Positions 25,714 through 38,376 of a stretch of DNA of 64,000 nt are shown here, in pieces. This stretch comes from Octopus sinensis (lineage: Eukaryota). A program made the translations under genes and the position numbers. The notes under the pieces were generated by a model. The model saw only the letters and a program-made list of their open reading frames with translations, was not told the DNA's origin and made no database searches. How positions within the stretch are numbered: position 1 is the first letter of the stretch; each line of letters starts with the position of its first letter. The stretch lies in contig NW_021832383.1 in NCBI RefSeq assembly GCF_006345805.1, positions 125,530-189,529 on the forward strand, in the 5' to 3' direction.

Positions 25714-25894
25714 CTGCATAACATCCAAAGCACTCAATTCAACCCATCTTCCTTTTTCCGGGCTGTACACCTGTGTTCCTTTGATGATTACGGTATGTGC
25801 AGGTAAATTAACACCCCAAGCAAGGGTTGAGGTGGACACCAACACCTGGATGTGACGATCTGCAAAGAGATCTTCCACAAGAGCTCGATCTACT
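25714..25894 (-). CDS. SNRNP200: SNRNP200 exon 19 ([34 protein letters not shown]...DVMQ), 181 nt
   Basis: tttcag / CAG|gtaagt; motif V. Confidence 0.96.
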
Positions 25895-26183
25895 CTGAAA
25901 GAGAAAAGAGAATAAACGGGTTTTTAAAGGTAATTATAATAATGAAGTAAGAAACGACACAGAAGCAAATACAGAAACTGAATAGCAGAGGTGTTGGGGT
26001 TACAAAGAGAACAAATTATTTTCTTATCTGTTTCTTACAATACATCTCAACGCTTCTAAAAGCAAACTTTGTATGTTTACAGTTATCGTAATTTGAATTG
26101 ATATATATATATATATATATGTGTATATATATATATATAGATCAATAAATGGTGGGGTTGTGTTGACCGCACGTGGAGAAATG

Positions 26184-26969
26184 ATAAGTAAGGAAAAATT
26201 TTTTTTAAAATGCAGAATGCTCAAATGAAAGAAAATTTTAATAAAATGAGAAAATGATAAAATATATAAATATATATTTATTCAACCGGTTTTCGTCATT
26301 GTATGACTTGTCAAGAATATTTATGTTTTAAGAAGTTATTTTAAAAATTAGAAAGAGGAAAAAAAGAAAATTGCATTGTTTTTTGTAAAAGAATAATGAT
26401 AAAAATGTACAAAAATTAAAAAATAAGTTCTCCGATACATTGTGAGTTCGTTGTGTATCTTGAGTTTTATGGTTGTTTACCAAAAAATTACCTTGAGGTG
26501 TTAAGATCCAAAGGGATTAAGAGCATGTGATGTGTTGTGTTGTTAAATTCAGCATGTTGTTAAATTCAGCATGTTAAATTCAGCATGTTAAATTCAGAAC
26601 ATGCTGAATTTAACAACACAACACATCACATGCTCTTAATCCCTTTGGATCTTAACACCTCAAGGTAATTTTTTGGTAAACAACCATAAAACTCAAGATA
26701 CACAACGAACTCACAATGTATCGGAGAACTTATTTTTTAATTTTTGTACATTTTTATCATTATTCTTTTACAAAAAACAATGCAATTTTCTTTTTTTCCC
26801 CTTTCTAATTTTTAAAATAACTTCTTAAAACATAAATATTCTTGACAAGTCATACAATGACGAAAACCGGTTGAATAAATATATATTTATATATTTTATC
26901 ATTTTCTCATTTTATTAAAATTTTCTTTCATTTGAGCATTCTGCATTTTTAAAAAAATTTTTCCTTACT

Positions 26970-26972
<3 letters not shown>
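26184..26972. repeat. Long near-perfect inverted repeat (2 x ~375 bp) with a 39-nt loop of 14-bp repeats, between (TA)n tracts; probable Penelope-like element end
   Basis: Arms 26184-26558 and 26598-26972 differ at about 2 positions by eye; each carries a hammerhead-like motif. Confidence 0.9.
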
Positions 26973-27000
<28 letters not shown>

Positions 27001-27274
27001 GGAAGAAAGTGACCAAGAAATAAAACAATTTACCAGGTTGACAGTGAATGTGGAGAAGACGGAGAGAGAAAAATGATGATAAAAGCAGACAAGCATTAGT
27101 AATGTGTGTAAGATGAAAGTGGGAGAGTTGTAGGAAGAGACAAAAACAGTTTGCTGAGTTACAGTTGAAAATAACTGCACATAGATGAAGACAGACACAC
27201 AGACAGAGAGAGACAATGGACAGAAGGACAGGCAGAGAAAGAAAGAGAGAGAGAAGAATAGAAAAAGAATTTAC

Positions 27275-27336
27275 TTAGTCATTCCGGCGTGGTGAATGGC
27301 AAAACCGTATGGAAGCAGATCCCTTAACTCGAGATT
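27275..27336 (-). CDS. SNRNP200: SNRNP200 exon 18 (NLELRDLLPYGFAIHHAGMT), 62 nt
   Basis: tcttag / AA|gtaaat; HHAG motif. Confidence 0.95.
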
Positions 27337-28326
27337 CTAAGAAAACAAAAAAGAAAAGTTTTGAAGTGAAATCACAGGCAACATATAATAAACGTGGAAA
27401 AGAACAAATCTGATCTCAATATATTTGGCAATAATATCGACATCAACAATAATCATCATCATTGCTTTAAACGTCCACTTTTCCATGCTTACAGAGGGTG
27501 GACGGAGTTTATTGAGATGGATTTATTTCTCTATGGCTCGATGCCCTTGGGTTGCCAACCCTCAACTGTTTTCAAGCAAGGTAATATTTCTCTATGGCCA
27601 GACACCTTTTTGCAGAATATTGGAAGTAAATGACACAGCTTGTATGATGGCGACATCTCATTTACAACTATCATGGAAGGCGGACGTTAAACGATGATGA
27701 TGATGCTATGCCAAGACAAGGACAGACAGACAGACACACACACATGATGGGCTTCTTTCAGTCTTTGTCTACCAAATCTTCTCACAAAGCTTTGGTCAGC
27801 CTAGGGTTATAGTAAAAGACACATATACACATATAGCAGGCTTCTACAGTTTCTGTCTACCAAATCAACTTGCAAAGCACAAAAAAAAATTTTTTTAAAT
27901 GGTTGGCTCGGATCTACAGTAGAAGAAACTTGCCCAGGATACTGGTTGTACAGAGGGATTGAACCCATAAGCACATGGTTGCAAAGCAAACTTCTTCACA
28001 ACACAGCCATGCCAGCACCTATATATTATGTATATTATGTAAAGGCGGCGAGCTGGCAGAAACGCTAGCGCGCCAGGCGAAATGCTTAGCGGTATTTCGT
28101 CTGTTGTTACGTTCTGAGTTCAAATTCCGCCGAGGTCGACTTTGCCCTTCATCCTTTCGGGGTCGATAAATAAAGTACCAGTTTTGCACTGGGGTCGATG
28201 TAATCGACTTAATCCATTTGTCCCCTCTATGTTTAGCTTCTTGTGGGCAATAAAGAAATATATATATATTATGTATTTTATCACAACAGGATGTAGTAAA
28301 AAAAAAATTTTTAAAAACTCCTTTCA

Positions 28327-28515
<189 letters not shown>

Positions 28516-29124
28516 TCAGGATTTTACTTAGGAAGGATTTCATACACGAAAATTGAATTGAAGGTTTGTAAATATATCTGAAAATTTGCACAAATGGGAA
28601 TGCCACCGGAAATCAGTTAATAAGCATCAGTGACAGCATCTGGTATACACAACCGAGACAGTATTAGATTAAAATAGCCACCTATGTATCATAATTAATG
28701 TATATACATCATCTGATAGGCCAGTTACTATGGTATTTGTTCTGAGATAACGTCTCTCATGGAGTTGCTATGTTAAAAACGCAATAAATAATATTAGATG
28801 GAAACGAAAATCTGAGCCAACAACATCAGATGTGTACTGGCCTTTCTGAGCTATTTCATTGGTGCGTACTCTCAACCAGGTAAAATGTACCAGGTGTTTT
28901 CACTGGGACAAATTTTCACCTCCCTCCAATATTGTTTTCAACACAGCAAGTCCATAACAGTTGTCATCTCGGGACAAACACTGCAATAACTGGCCTACCG
29001 ACTGTGTACATACATTAAGTACAATACATCATTGTTATTTAGTATCCCTTTTTTTCCCCGCCACTGTTAGCATGGGTTTGACACATAGATGGCTATTAAT
29101 GAAAGAGTTATTACTTGTAGGTAC

Positions 29125-29383
29125 CTGGTTTTTACCGGCATGCTCCATCACTTTTTCGTACACAATTTCATTCATAATTTGAAATCGTTTCACAGCTTTC
29201 TTCTCGGTGATTCCAATAAACTGCTGTTCCAGTGGCACCGGCCGGTAGCTGTTGTCGAAGAAGAAGAGGCCCTGTGAGGCATCAACTCTAAGGAATGTTG
29301 CTATGTCTTCATAATTGGGGAGTGTGGCACTGAGACCCACTAAACGGACTTCCTCCCGAGTTGTTTCTATGTTCCGGATTGTT
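29125..29383 (-). CDS. SNRNP200: SNRNP200 exon 16 ([27 protein letters not shown]...HAGKNQ), 259 nt
   Basis: catag / CAG|gtacct; motif III SAT. Confidence 0.96.
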
Positions 29384-30204
29384 CTATGGTGAAAGAAAGA
29401 AAAAAGAAATAAAATAAAATAAAAAAAGATGAACAATTTCCTCTCTTTTTATCTTTTACTTGTTTCAGTCAGAGTGTGGCCATGCTGGGGCACTACCTTG
29501 AAGAATCTTTAGTTGAAGGAATTGACCCCAGAACTTATTTTTTTTAAAACAAGATACTTATATTATCTATCTCTCGTTTACCAAACTACTGTTATAGGGA
29601 TGTAAACACACCAACACTGGTTGTCAAGCAGTGGTGGGGGGACAGACACAAAGTCACATACACACATGCAATGACAGGCTTCTTTCTGTCTACCAAATCC
29701 ACTCTCAGAGCTTTGGTTAGCCTGGGGTTACAGTGGAAGATACTTTCCAAAGGTGTCACGCAGTGGGATTTGAACCCCAAACCATCTGGTTGGGAAGAAA
29801 AACCTCCTATAAAGTAATCTCATGGCCTAAGTGATCACCAGACTATTTAACCCTTTAGCATTCAGATTACTTTATCAAACGTAAGGCTTTTTTTATTCAC
29901 ATTGCATTGAATTATACATTATCCTGTAGCTTTCAGATTTTGATGACATGATTGTCTATGTTTTAGAATAACATTGTTGGGTAGGTGTGAGAGGCTGGAT
30001 CTGGCCAGTTTGAACCTAAAGCATATAGAATATTTGGGCTGGATATGGCTGGTGTAAGTGCTAAAGGGTTAAGGAGACAAAATCTACCAGAGGAGACATA
30101 AGAAATAACAGTTCAATTTATTGATGGGCAATCACGAGGAAAAGATAACAAGACAAAAAAAAAAAGAAACAGTTGGCATGAAGGTAAGAAAAGGAAACGC
30201 TTAC

Positions 30205-30263
30205 CTGGATACAAGAGATTCTAAGACAGGGCCTCGGTCATCATGCAGCAAGTGGATCTCATC
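30205..30263 (-). CDS. SNRNP200: SNRNP200 exon 15 (DEIHLLHDDRGPVLESLVS), 59 nt
   Basis: ctttag / AG|gtaagc; DEIH motif II. Confidence 0.96.
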
Positions 30264-31197
30264 CTAAAGAAAGAAAACGAAAGAATATGTACAGAAGGAA
30301 TGGTGATTATAGTGATTGCTGTTTATATTTTAAGGCTACCCCTGCCCCATCCCAACTTTGGTGGAACCGCAGCAAAGTTAGAAAAACCAAGTGTCTTGTA
30401 TTACAGGCATCTTCTGTAATGGAAAATGTTGCAGTCCAGAAAATTTTGAAGTAACACAAGAGTCTGTTATGTGAGATCACTATCTGTGATGGTGGTCATG
30501 GTAAGGGTGTCTATATTTCTTTAAATTCCTTTATGATCTGATTTCAAATCACAGTGGAACCAACTTTACTGTTCATCCGGTTTTGACTGATAAAGTAAAT
30601 ACCTGTAATAAACTGGGGGTAAATCCAATTGACTGGGTAGCCCCCCATCCACCACACACCTAGAAATCTGTGGCCTTATGTCAATATGATCAATCATTAA
30701 GGAGCAGACCCAGGTCAGTTTAGATGGAATTGACCAATACAATAAGTGTCGGTGGCACGTAAAAAGCACCATCCGAATCATGGCCGAAGCCAGTGCCGCC
30801 TCGACTGGCTTCCGTGCAGGTGGCACGTAAAATGCACCAATTCGACCGTGGCCGATGCCAGCCTCGCCTGGCACCAGTGCAGGTGGCACGTAAAAAGCAC
30901 CCACTACACTCTCGGAGTGGTTGGCGTTAGGAAGGGCATCCAGCTGTAGAAACTTTGCCAGATAAGACCGGAGCCTGGTGCAGCCTTCTGGCTTCCCAGA
31001 TCGCCGGTCGAACCGTCCAACCCATGCTAGCATGGAGAACGGACGTTAAACGATGATGATGATGATGAAGAGATTTGGGACTGCATTCTAGTTGAGGTCC
31101 TCTAGTCTTCGACCGTTTTTATTCCATATTCTTCAGCTTTCCGTTTCTTTTAAAAACATTCGACAAACACTGCAAACATGAGTAAAAGGAAACTTAC

Positions 31198-31368
31198 AAA
31201 AATCATGAGTCGCACAGCTTGAGTGTAGGTTCTCTCGCCACCTTTACGAGTGATGATGTCCCATTTCTCTGGAGTGCAGACAATTACTTGAGTTGCGGTG
31301 ATCTGTTCCTTTGTCAACTGGTGATCTCCTGTCAGTTCAGCAACTTTCAAACCATATGATTTCAATCT
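31198..31368 (-). CDS. SNRNP200: SNRNP200 exon 14 ([15 protein letters not shown]...[11 protein letters not shown]...LMIF), 171 nt
   Basis: ttccag / TTT|gtaagt. Confidence 0.96.
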
Positions 31369-31496
31369 CTGGAAGAATGTGAGAACATAAAATGCGTAAA
31401 TAAAATTACAGACATCCCTCGTATTATGGCAAGTCTACATAATTTGGCATCGATGGAAATTGGAAACTATGACCACTAATTTCTGGATGGGGGTCT

Positions 31497-32430
31497 TTAA
31501 CCCTTTCATTACTGTATTTTGAGATGCTCTGTGTGTCGTTTAATTACTTTAAAGATAACAAAGAATTTAGTAAAATAACTTAGTTATGATTCAGCTAATG
31601 TTAGGAACATAAATTGTGACTAAGGTTTTTGTGGAAGGTTTTAATTCAAAACTTATAAAAACAAGACATTTGTACTCAGAGCCAGAGGTGGTTTTGGCTG
31701 GGTTGGTATCAAAAGAATTAAGACTTGTTTCTCTATTATATATTTTAACCCTTTTGTTACCATATTGCTGTTGAGATGCTCTGTGTTTCTTTCAATTAAT
31801 TTTAAATATATCAAAGAATTTAGTAAAATAACTTGGTTATCATTAAGCTAGTGTTAGGAACATAAAAATTGTGACTAAGGTTTGGTGGAAGACTTTAATT
31901 CAAAACTTATGTAAACAAGACATTTGTACTCAGAGCCAGAGGTGGTTTTGGCTGGGTTGGTATCAAAAGAATTAAGACTTGTTTCTCTATTATATATTTT
32001 AACCCTTTTGTTACCATATTGCTGTTGAGATGCTCTGTGTTTCTTTCAATTAATTTTAAATATATCAAAGAATTTAGTAAAATAACTTAGTTATCATTAA
32101 GCTAGTGTTAGGAACATAAAAATTGTGACTAAGGTTTGGTGGAAGACTTTAATTCAAAACTTATGTAAACAAGACATTTGTACTACAGATCCAGAACGAA
32201 TTTCAGCCAGGTTGGTATCAAAAGGGTTAAGAATTGTTTCTCTATTAATTATTTTAACCCTTTTGTTACCATATTGCTGTTGAGATGCTCTGTGTTTCTT
32301 TCAATTAATTTTAAATATAACAAAGAATCTAGTAAAATGACTTCGTTATAATTAAGCTAGTGTTGGGAACATAAATTGTGACTAAGATTTGGTGGAATAT
32401 TTTAATTCAAAACTTATGAAAACAAGACTT
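31497..32430. mobile_element. piggyBac-type MITE family A, tandem array of ~3.7 units; a separate monomer follows at 32603-32831
   Basis: Repeated ~250-bp unit (MITE plus spacer gacttgtttctctattatatatt). Confidence 0.85.
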
Positions 32431-32879
32431 GCTGTGTCGTAAATACCTGAACACTCCAGTTGGAAAACAAAAGAAAGTGAGTTAAAGAGTAAGATAAGGG
32501 GGGTGATAGTGAGAGAGATGATGGCAGGGATGTGTTGGGGGTATGCCCACAAGGAAAACAGATGGCAAGAAAAGAATTGAGGGTAAAATATATAAATCTA
32601 TATTAACCCTTTCGTTACTGTATTTATTTTGAGATGCTCTGTGTTTCTTTCAATTACTTTAAATATAACAAAGAATTTAGTAAAATAACTTCATTATCAT
32701 TAAGCTAGTGTTAGGAACATCAATTGTGACTAAGGTTTGGTGGAAGATTTCAATTCAAAACTTATGAAAACAAGACACATGTACTACAGAACCAGAGCCG
32801 GTTTCAATCAGGTTGATAATGAAAGGGTTAAAGTATAAAAATAATTGAAGCAAAAAAATATATTGAAAACGAACATTAC

Positions 32880-33035
32880 CTCGGTAAAATTTCCAACCAT
32901 TTCTTGTACAAGAGATTTCATGGGTGCAATATAAACAACTTTAAACTCATCCGTATTAATGGTACCATTATTGTTTACATGTTTACCGATTTCTCGTAGC
33001 ATGCAGAGTAATGCTACATTGGTTTTACCGGCACC
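32880..33035 (-). CDS. SNRNP200: SNRNP200 exon 13 ([19 protein letters not shown]...[16 protein letters not shown]), 156 nt
   Basis: cctag / GAG|gtaatg; Walker A and motif Ia. Confidence 0.96.
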
Positions 33036-34200
33036 CTAGGAATAAAAAAAAAAAAAATGTTATAAAGAGATCATAGATAAATTCTTCAATTGAATTTTAT
33101 ATATATATAAAAAAACAAAAAACATGACTAGAAATATTGGGTGAAATATTTTTTCTGACCCCCAACAATCCTTAAATCAAATATGTCACTGTTTTGGTTC
33201 CCACTTCAGGGATTGGCTGATAAAGAACCAAGTTATGAACTAGTGTCTTTACAAATTGAAAGTCTTATGGTAATGGAAAAAACTGTTGAAAGAAATGTGT
33301 CCTATAACAGACCTGCTTGGCTGAGATCATACTTCCATAAGTGGTACTTATACAAGGGCTTGAACTCCCCATAACCAAAAGAACACTTGCCAATAATACA
33401 GTATTCTTGCCACTTGGAACATAGACTGTTTAACCCCTTTATTACCATATTCTTCTTGAAATATACTGTTTACCTAAGAGTTAATTATGAAAATAATGAC
33501 AAATATAGTCAAAAAACTTGGTCATTATTAACCTGTTATTTAGAACATTAAATTAGCAAGAAATTTTAATTGGAAATTCTGTGCCAGTGGCACGTAAAAA
33601 CCACCATCCGATCGTGGCTGTTGCCAGCCTCGCCTGGCCCCCGTGCAGGTGGCACGTAAAAAGCACCATCCGTCCGTGGCCGTTTGCCAGCTCCGTCTGG
33701 CACCTGTGCGGGTGGCACATAAAAAGCACCCACTACACTCACGGAGTGGTTGGCGTTAGGAAGGGCATCCAGCCGTAGAAACACTGCCAGATCAGACTGG
33801 GCCTGATGCAGCCTTCTGGCTTCACAGACCCCAGTTGAACCGTCCAACCGATGCTAGCATGGAAAGCGGGCGCTAAATGATGATGATGAAATTTATATTT
33901 AGATCACCTTAACTCGTTAGCATTTAAACCGGCCCTTTCCGGTCAAAATAGTAAACCTGTTTTATGTTCAAATTGACCAGATCTGGCCCCCTCACACCAA
34001 CCCTACAATATCATTCTAAAAATGAACGGTTACCTCTTCAAAATCTCAAAGCTACAAGATAATGCATGATTAATTCCATACAGGGTTAAAACAAGACGTG
34101 TGTACCACAGACTCAAAGACAATCTTAGGCAGGTTGGTATCAAAAGGGTTAATGGACATACAATATGTTTAGATAAAGGGTCTTGCGTGATGGTACTTAC

Positions 34201-34338
34201 TGTTGGGGCACACAGCAAAATGTTTTCAGATGTTTCCAAAGCAGTCTTGCAAAGTCTGCTTTGTATTCGGTTCAGACTCTTGAAACCTTCAAAAGCTGGT
34301 TGAGCATATTTTGGTAAGCGTTCAATTGGAATCAGGGT
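34201..34338 (-). CDS. SNRNP200: SNRNP200 exon 12 ([27 protein letters not shown]...LLCAPT), 138 nt
   Basis: caaag / ACA|gtaagt; Q-motif and start of motif I. Confidence 0.95.
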
Positions 34339-36165
34339 CTTTGAGGAAAATGAAAAGAAAAACATAAATGCATAAAAAAACTGTTAGCACTTCAAAATAG
34401 AAAATAAGAAAATAAATACAAGTATTCATTAAACTTTGAAAGGGTTATTAAATTAATGCATGTGCCGGTGGCATGTAAAAAGCACCCACTACACTAATGG
34501 AGTGGTTGGCGTTGGGAAGGGCATCCAGCTGTAGAAACATTGCCAGATCAGACTGGGCCTGGTGCATCCTTCTGGCTTCCCAGACCACAGTTGCACCGTC
34601 CAGCACGGAAAGCGGACGCTAAACGATGATAATTTAGAGAAAATCACAAGGGTATGCACCTTTGATCACCTGATTGTGATCAAAAACGCATCATGTGATC
34701 AACCAGACTATTGTATGTTGTTACACATCACTGGTCACAGTGCGCTTTGTGTTGTTTTAGCTTTTGAATAATGACACCTCACTGGTTAAGGCAAGCAGGG
34801 CAACATTTCCCCTGATCGGAAGGCTGATCCGTTGCAGGGTGACCTGTTTACTGATAAGTGGACTGGGGCAACATGAAATGAAATGTCTTGCTCAAGAACA
34901 CAAGGCACAGCTAGTTTGGGAATTGAAACCACAATCTCATGATGATGATGATGAAGCAAGGTAACAACAATGTAACAATCCAACAAACTACCAAAACGAC
35001 ACCTCACGACCTCCTGTGATTAATGCCTACTCTGTCTGTCACTAAGACCACTACTATTCATAGTCATTCGGTCAAGTCTATTCTCGCAGGGGGTGTTGTG
35101 ACTCTTGGCTACAACACAGTGTAGTTGTGGTGCTGATCATTCTGTATATCAACCATACAGATTACACATACACACACATACATTGATATAAAAACCTTAC
35201 TCATGATCATGAGAGCAACACACTTAACCACTAGGCCAGGCACCTTCACAAGTGTCTTTGAAGGGTAAATAAAAATTTTTGACACCTCTGAGCATATTCC
35301 TTCATTCACCTTCTGTACTCCAAGGACTTCTTTCAGTTTGCACTCAGCCAGTGAATAGGGTTAGCACTAAAGAAGCCGATGTTACCATATTCTTTCACTT
35401 GCACTGGAATAGGTCTTCAATAGCTAAATGAGAATTTGGACATGTCGTGTGCCTCTATCATTCATACATCTGTGTTTCAACGGACATCTTCCAAACTGTA
35501 GGTAGTGCATCGACAAGGCTATCACCAAAAAAGAAAAAGCTGCTGGTACAGTATTCTCTGTCTCCAAGACAATTAACACTCAATGGTAGAATGGTCCGCT
35601 TCTTGAGGAAGCGCCAACACTGATGAGTACTGTACAGAGAAGCGATTAACAAATGCCAGAGAAAATGGTATTTTTTACAAGTTTACTGTCATGGTACTTA
35701 AATGATATGGTACTTACTTTGGCCATAGAGTACCTGTTAGGCTTTATTTTTTTTCTTGTTTAAATCATTGGATTGTGGCCATGCTGGGGCATCACCTTGA
35801 AAGTTTTGGTTGGTGCTTATTTTAAAGACTGCTACATATCTTACTGGTATCTTTTTGCAAAACTACTATGTTACACGGGATACAGACAATCACTTACACA
35901 GACATACATACACACACACAGACGGTCAGGCTTCCACAAAGTTTCCATTGAGTACGTCTACTCACAAGATATTTGTTAGTCTGAAGCTATAACAGAAGAC
36001 ACTTGCAGAAGGTTCCACATAGAGGGACTGATCCTAAAACCACACAGCTTCAAAGCACACTTCATAACCACCCGGTCACATCAAGTTGATTACAGTAATT
36101 ATTATAACGAACAGAAGAAAAAAAGAAACAGACACAACAAATAAAAAAGTTGTCTCATCACGTAC

Positions 36166-36221
36166 CTCATTCTGGTCAAATGATTTGGGTTTCAAGGCAG
36201 GAACATGGACTTCTTCATATC
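36166..36221 (-). CDS. SNRNP200: SNRNP200 exon 11 (GYEEVHVPALKPKSFDQNE), 56 nt
   Basis: catcag / GAG|gtacgt. Confidence 0.93.
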
Positions 36222-36506
36222 CTGATGAGATAAAAAAAAAGGGGCTTGTTAGCTTTGCAGAAAGGGTTCCAAAACACTGTGTTACACAATTTTTGTCTTT
36301 GGGTACTCTTTTACTCTTTTATTTGTTTCAGTCATTTGACTGCGGCCATGCTGGAGCACCGCCTTTAGTCGAGCAAATCGACCCCTCGACTTATTCTTTG
36401 TAAGCCCAGTACTTATTCTATCGGTCTCTTTTGCCGAACCGCTAAGTGACGGGGACGTAAACACACCAGCATCGGTTGTCAAGCAATGCTAGGGAGACAG
36501 ACACAG

Positions 36507-36556
<50 letters not shown>

Positions 36557-37316
36557 GACAGGCTTCTTTCAGTTTCCATCTACCAAATCCACTCACAAGG
36601 CATTGGCCGGCCCGGGGCTATAGCAGAAGACACTTGCCCAAGATGCCACGCAGTGGGACTGAACCCGGAACCATGTGGTTGGTAGACAAGCTACTTACCA
36701 CACAGACACTCCTAGCAACTGTTATTTCCTATTTGTTGACCCCCTTTTCCTTCAAATTTGGCTTTTGTTACATTTATTCAAACCCCCAAAAGAACCCCTC
36801 TCAACACATGGCTATGATGCTCCCCTACTACTCCCGTTCATAATCAAAGATGCACATATCATCATCATCATCATCATCGTCGTTTAACGTCCGCTTTCCA
36901 TGCTAGCATGGGTTGGACGGTTCAACTGGGGTCTGGGGAGCCCGAAGGCTGCACCAGGCCAGTCAGATCTGGCAGTGTTTCTACAGCTGGATGCCCTTCC
37001 TAACGCCAACCACTCCGAGAGTGTAGTGGGTGATTTTATGTGCCACCGACACAGGTGCCAGACGAGGCTGGCGAACGGCCACGCTCGGATGGTGTTTTTA
37101 TGTGCCACCGACACATATGGTAATAGATATCAGGAAACTACTTAAGATTACCAATGAGTGCTTTGAGGACTCTCTGTTGCTTGAATGTCTGTATGAGGGT
37201 TCAATTCTGACAGGAGTGCAGAAAAGGAAAGAAAAACAGACAAGGTCACATAAAACTTGTGCATACCATGTGACTGGCAGCTTTTAATCATTTAAACAAA
37301 TGTACAGCATTTGTTC

Positions 37317-38021
37317 AGCCTCGCCTGGCCTCCGTGCCGGTGGCACGTAAAAAGCACCATCCGATCGTGGCCGTTTGCCAGCCTCGTCTGACACCCGTGC
37401 CGGTGGCACGTAAAAAGCACCATCCGATCGTGGCCGTTTGCCAGCCTGGCCTGGCCTCCGTGCCGGTGGCACATAAAAAGCACCATCCGATCGTGGCCGT
37501 TTGCCAGCCTGGCCTGGCCTCCGTGCCGGTGGCACGTAAAAAGCACCATCTGATCGTGGCCATTTGCCAGCCTCGTCTGACACCTGTGCCGGTGGCACGT
37601 AAAAAGCACCATCCGATCGTGGCCGTTTGCCAGCCTCGTATGACACCCGTGCCGGTGGCACGTAATAAGCACCGTCCGATCGTGGCCGTTTGCCAGCCTC
37701 GTCTGACACCCGTGCCAGTGGCACGTAAAAAGCACCATCCGATCGTGGCCGTTTGCCAGCCTCGTCTGACACCCGTGCCGGTGGCACGTAAAAAGCACCG
37801 TCCGATCGTGGCCGTTTGCCAGCCTCGTCTGCGCACCTGTGTCAGTGGCACATAAAAAGCACCCACTACACTCATGGAGTGGTTGGCGTTAGGAAGGGCA
37901 TCCATCTGTAGAAACACTGCCAGATCAGACTGGAGCCTGGTGTAGCCTCGTGGCTTCCCAGACCCCAGTTGCACCGTCCAGCTGATGCCAGCATGGAAAG
38001 CAGACGCTAAACGATGATGAT
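37317..38021 (+). mobile_element. (ATG)n-tailed SINE-like repeat, the most abundant family here (>20 copies); this copy has an expanded 63-bp internal tandem repeat
   Basis: Core GGAGTGGTTGGCGTTAGGAAGGGCATCCAGCTGTAGAAAC...GGACGTTAAACGATGATG. Examples: 6620-6806(-), 7681-8215(-), 11451-11740(-), 13855-14338(+), 16620-16931(+), 21390-21598(+), 25060-25461(+), 30748-31067(+), 33580-33888(+), 38895-39304(+), 45940-46312(+), 53480-53808(+). Confidence 0.85.
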
Positions 38022-38258
38022 TAGGAGTTCAATACAAGACAACTCTTAGGTTTCCAGCATTTGTGTTTGTATTTTAACATACAAGACTAACAGTATGGTG
38101 GGGGCGGGGGAGTTATGGCCCTCCGTTTAAAAGAAAACCTTTCCTGGACATTGTACAAAGAACATTTATGATCTGTTATAAGCCAAAATGTATTAAAAAA
38201 AAACAAAAACTGTCAAGGGACAAAAAGGTATGAAGGCAATAGAAATAGCAGAAATTAC

Positions 38259-38376
38259 CTTTGCGCTGCTTCCGGAAAGAACCGTCAGGCAGTTGGCATC
38301 TTTTATTCGCCATCAAATGACTTCCTTGGGAGAAGACTAAGTCCTCTAGGTCCAACAACTGCACTTGGGTCATAAC
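38259..38376 (-). CDS. SNRNP200: SNRNP200 exon 10 ([39 protein letters not shown]), 118 nt
   Basis: tgtcag / G|gtaatt. Confidence 0.94.

Noticed and set aside
29118-29125. U12-type introns (donors gtacct)
   Set aside because: They do not match GTATCCTT/ATATCCTT; all identified introns look like U2-type GT-AG.
37284-37974. Long repetitive ORFs in several frames (167-219 aa)
   Set aside because: Artefact of a 63-bp (21-codon) tandem repeat inside a SINE-like element; open on both strands.
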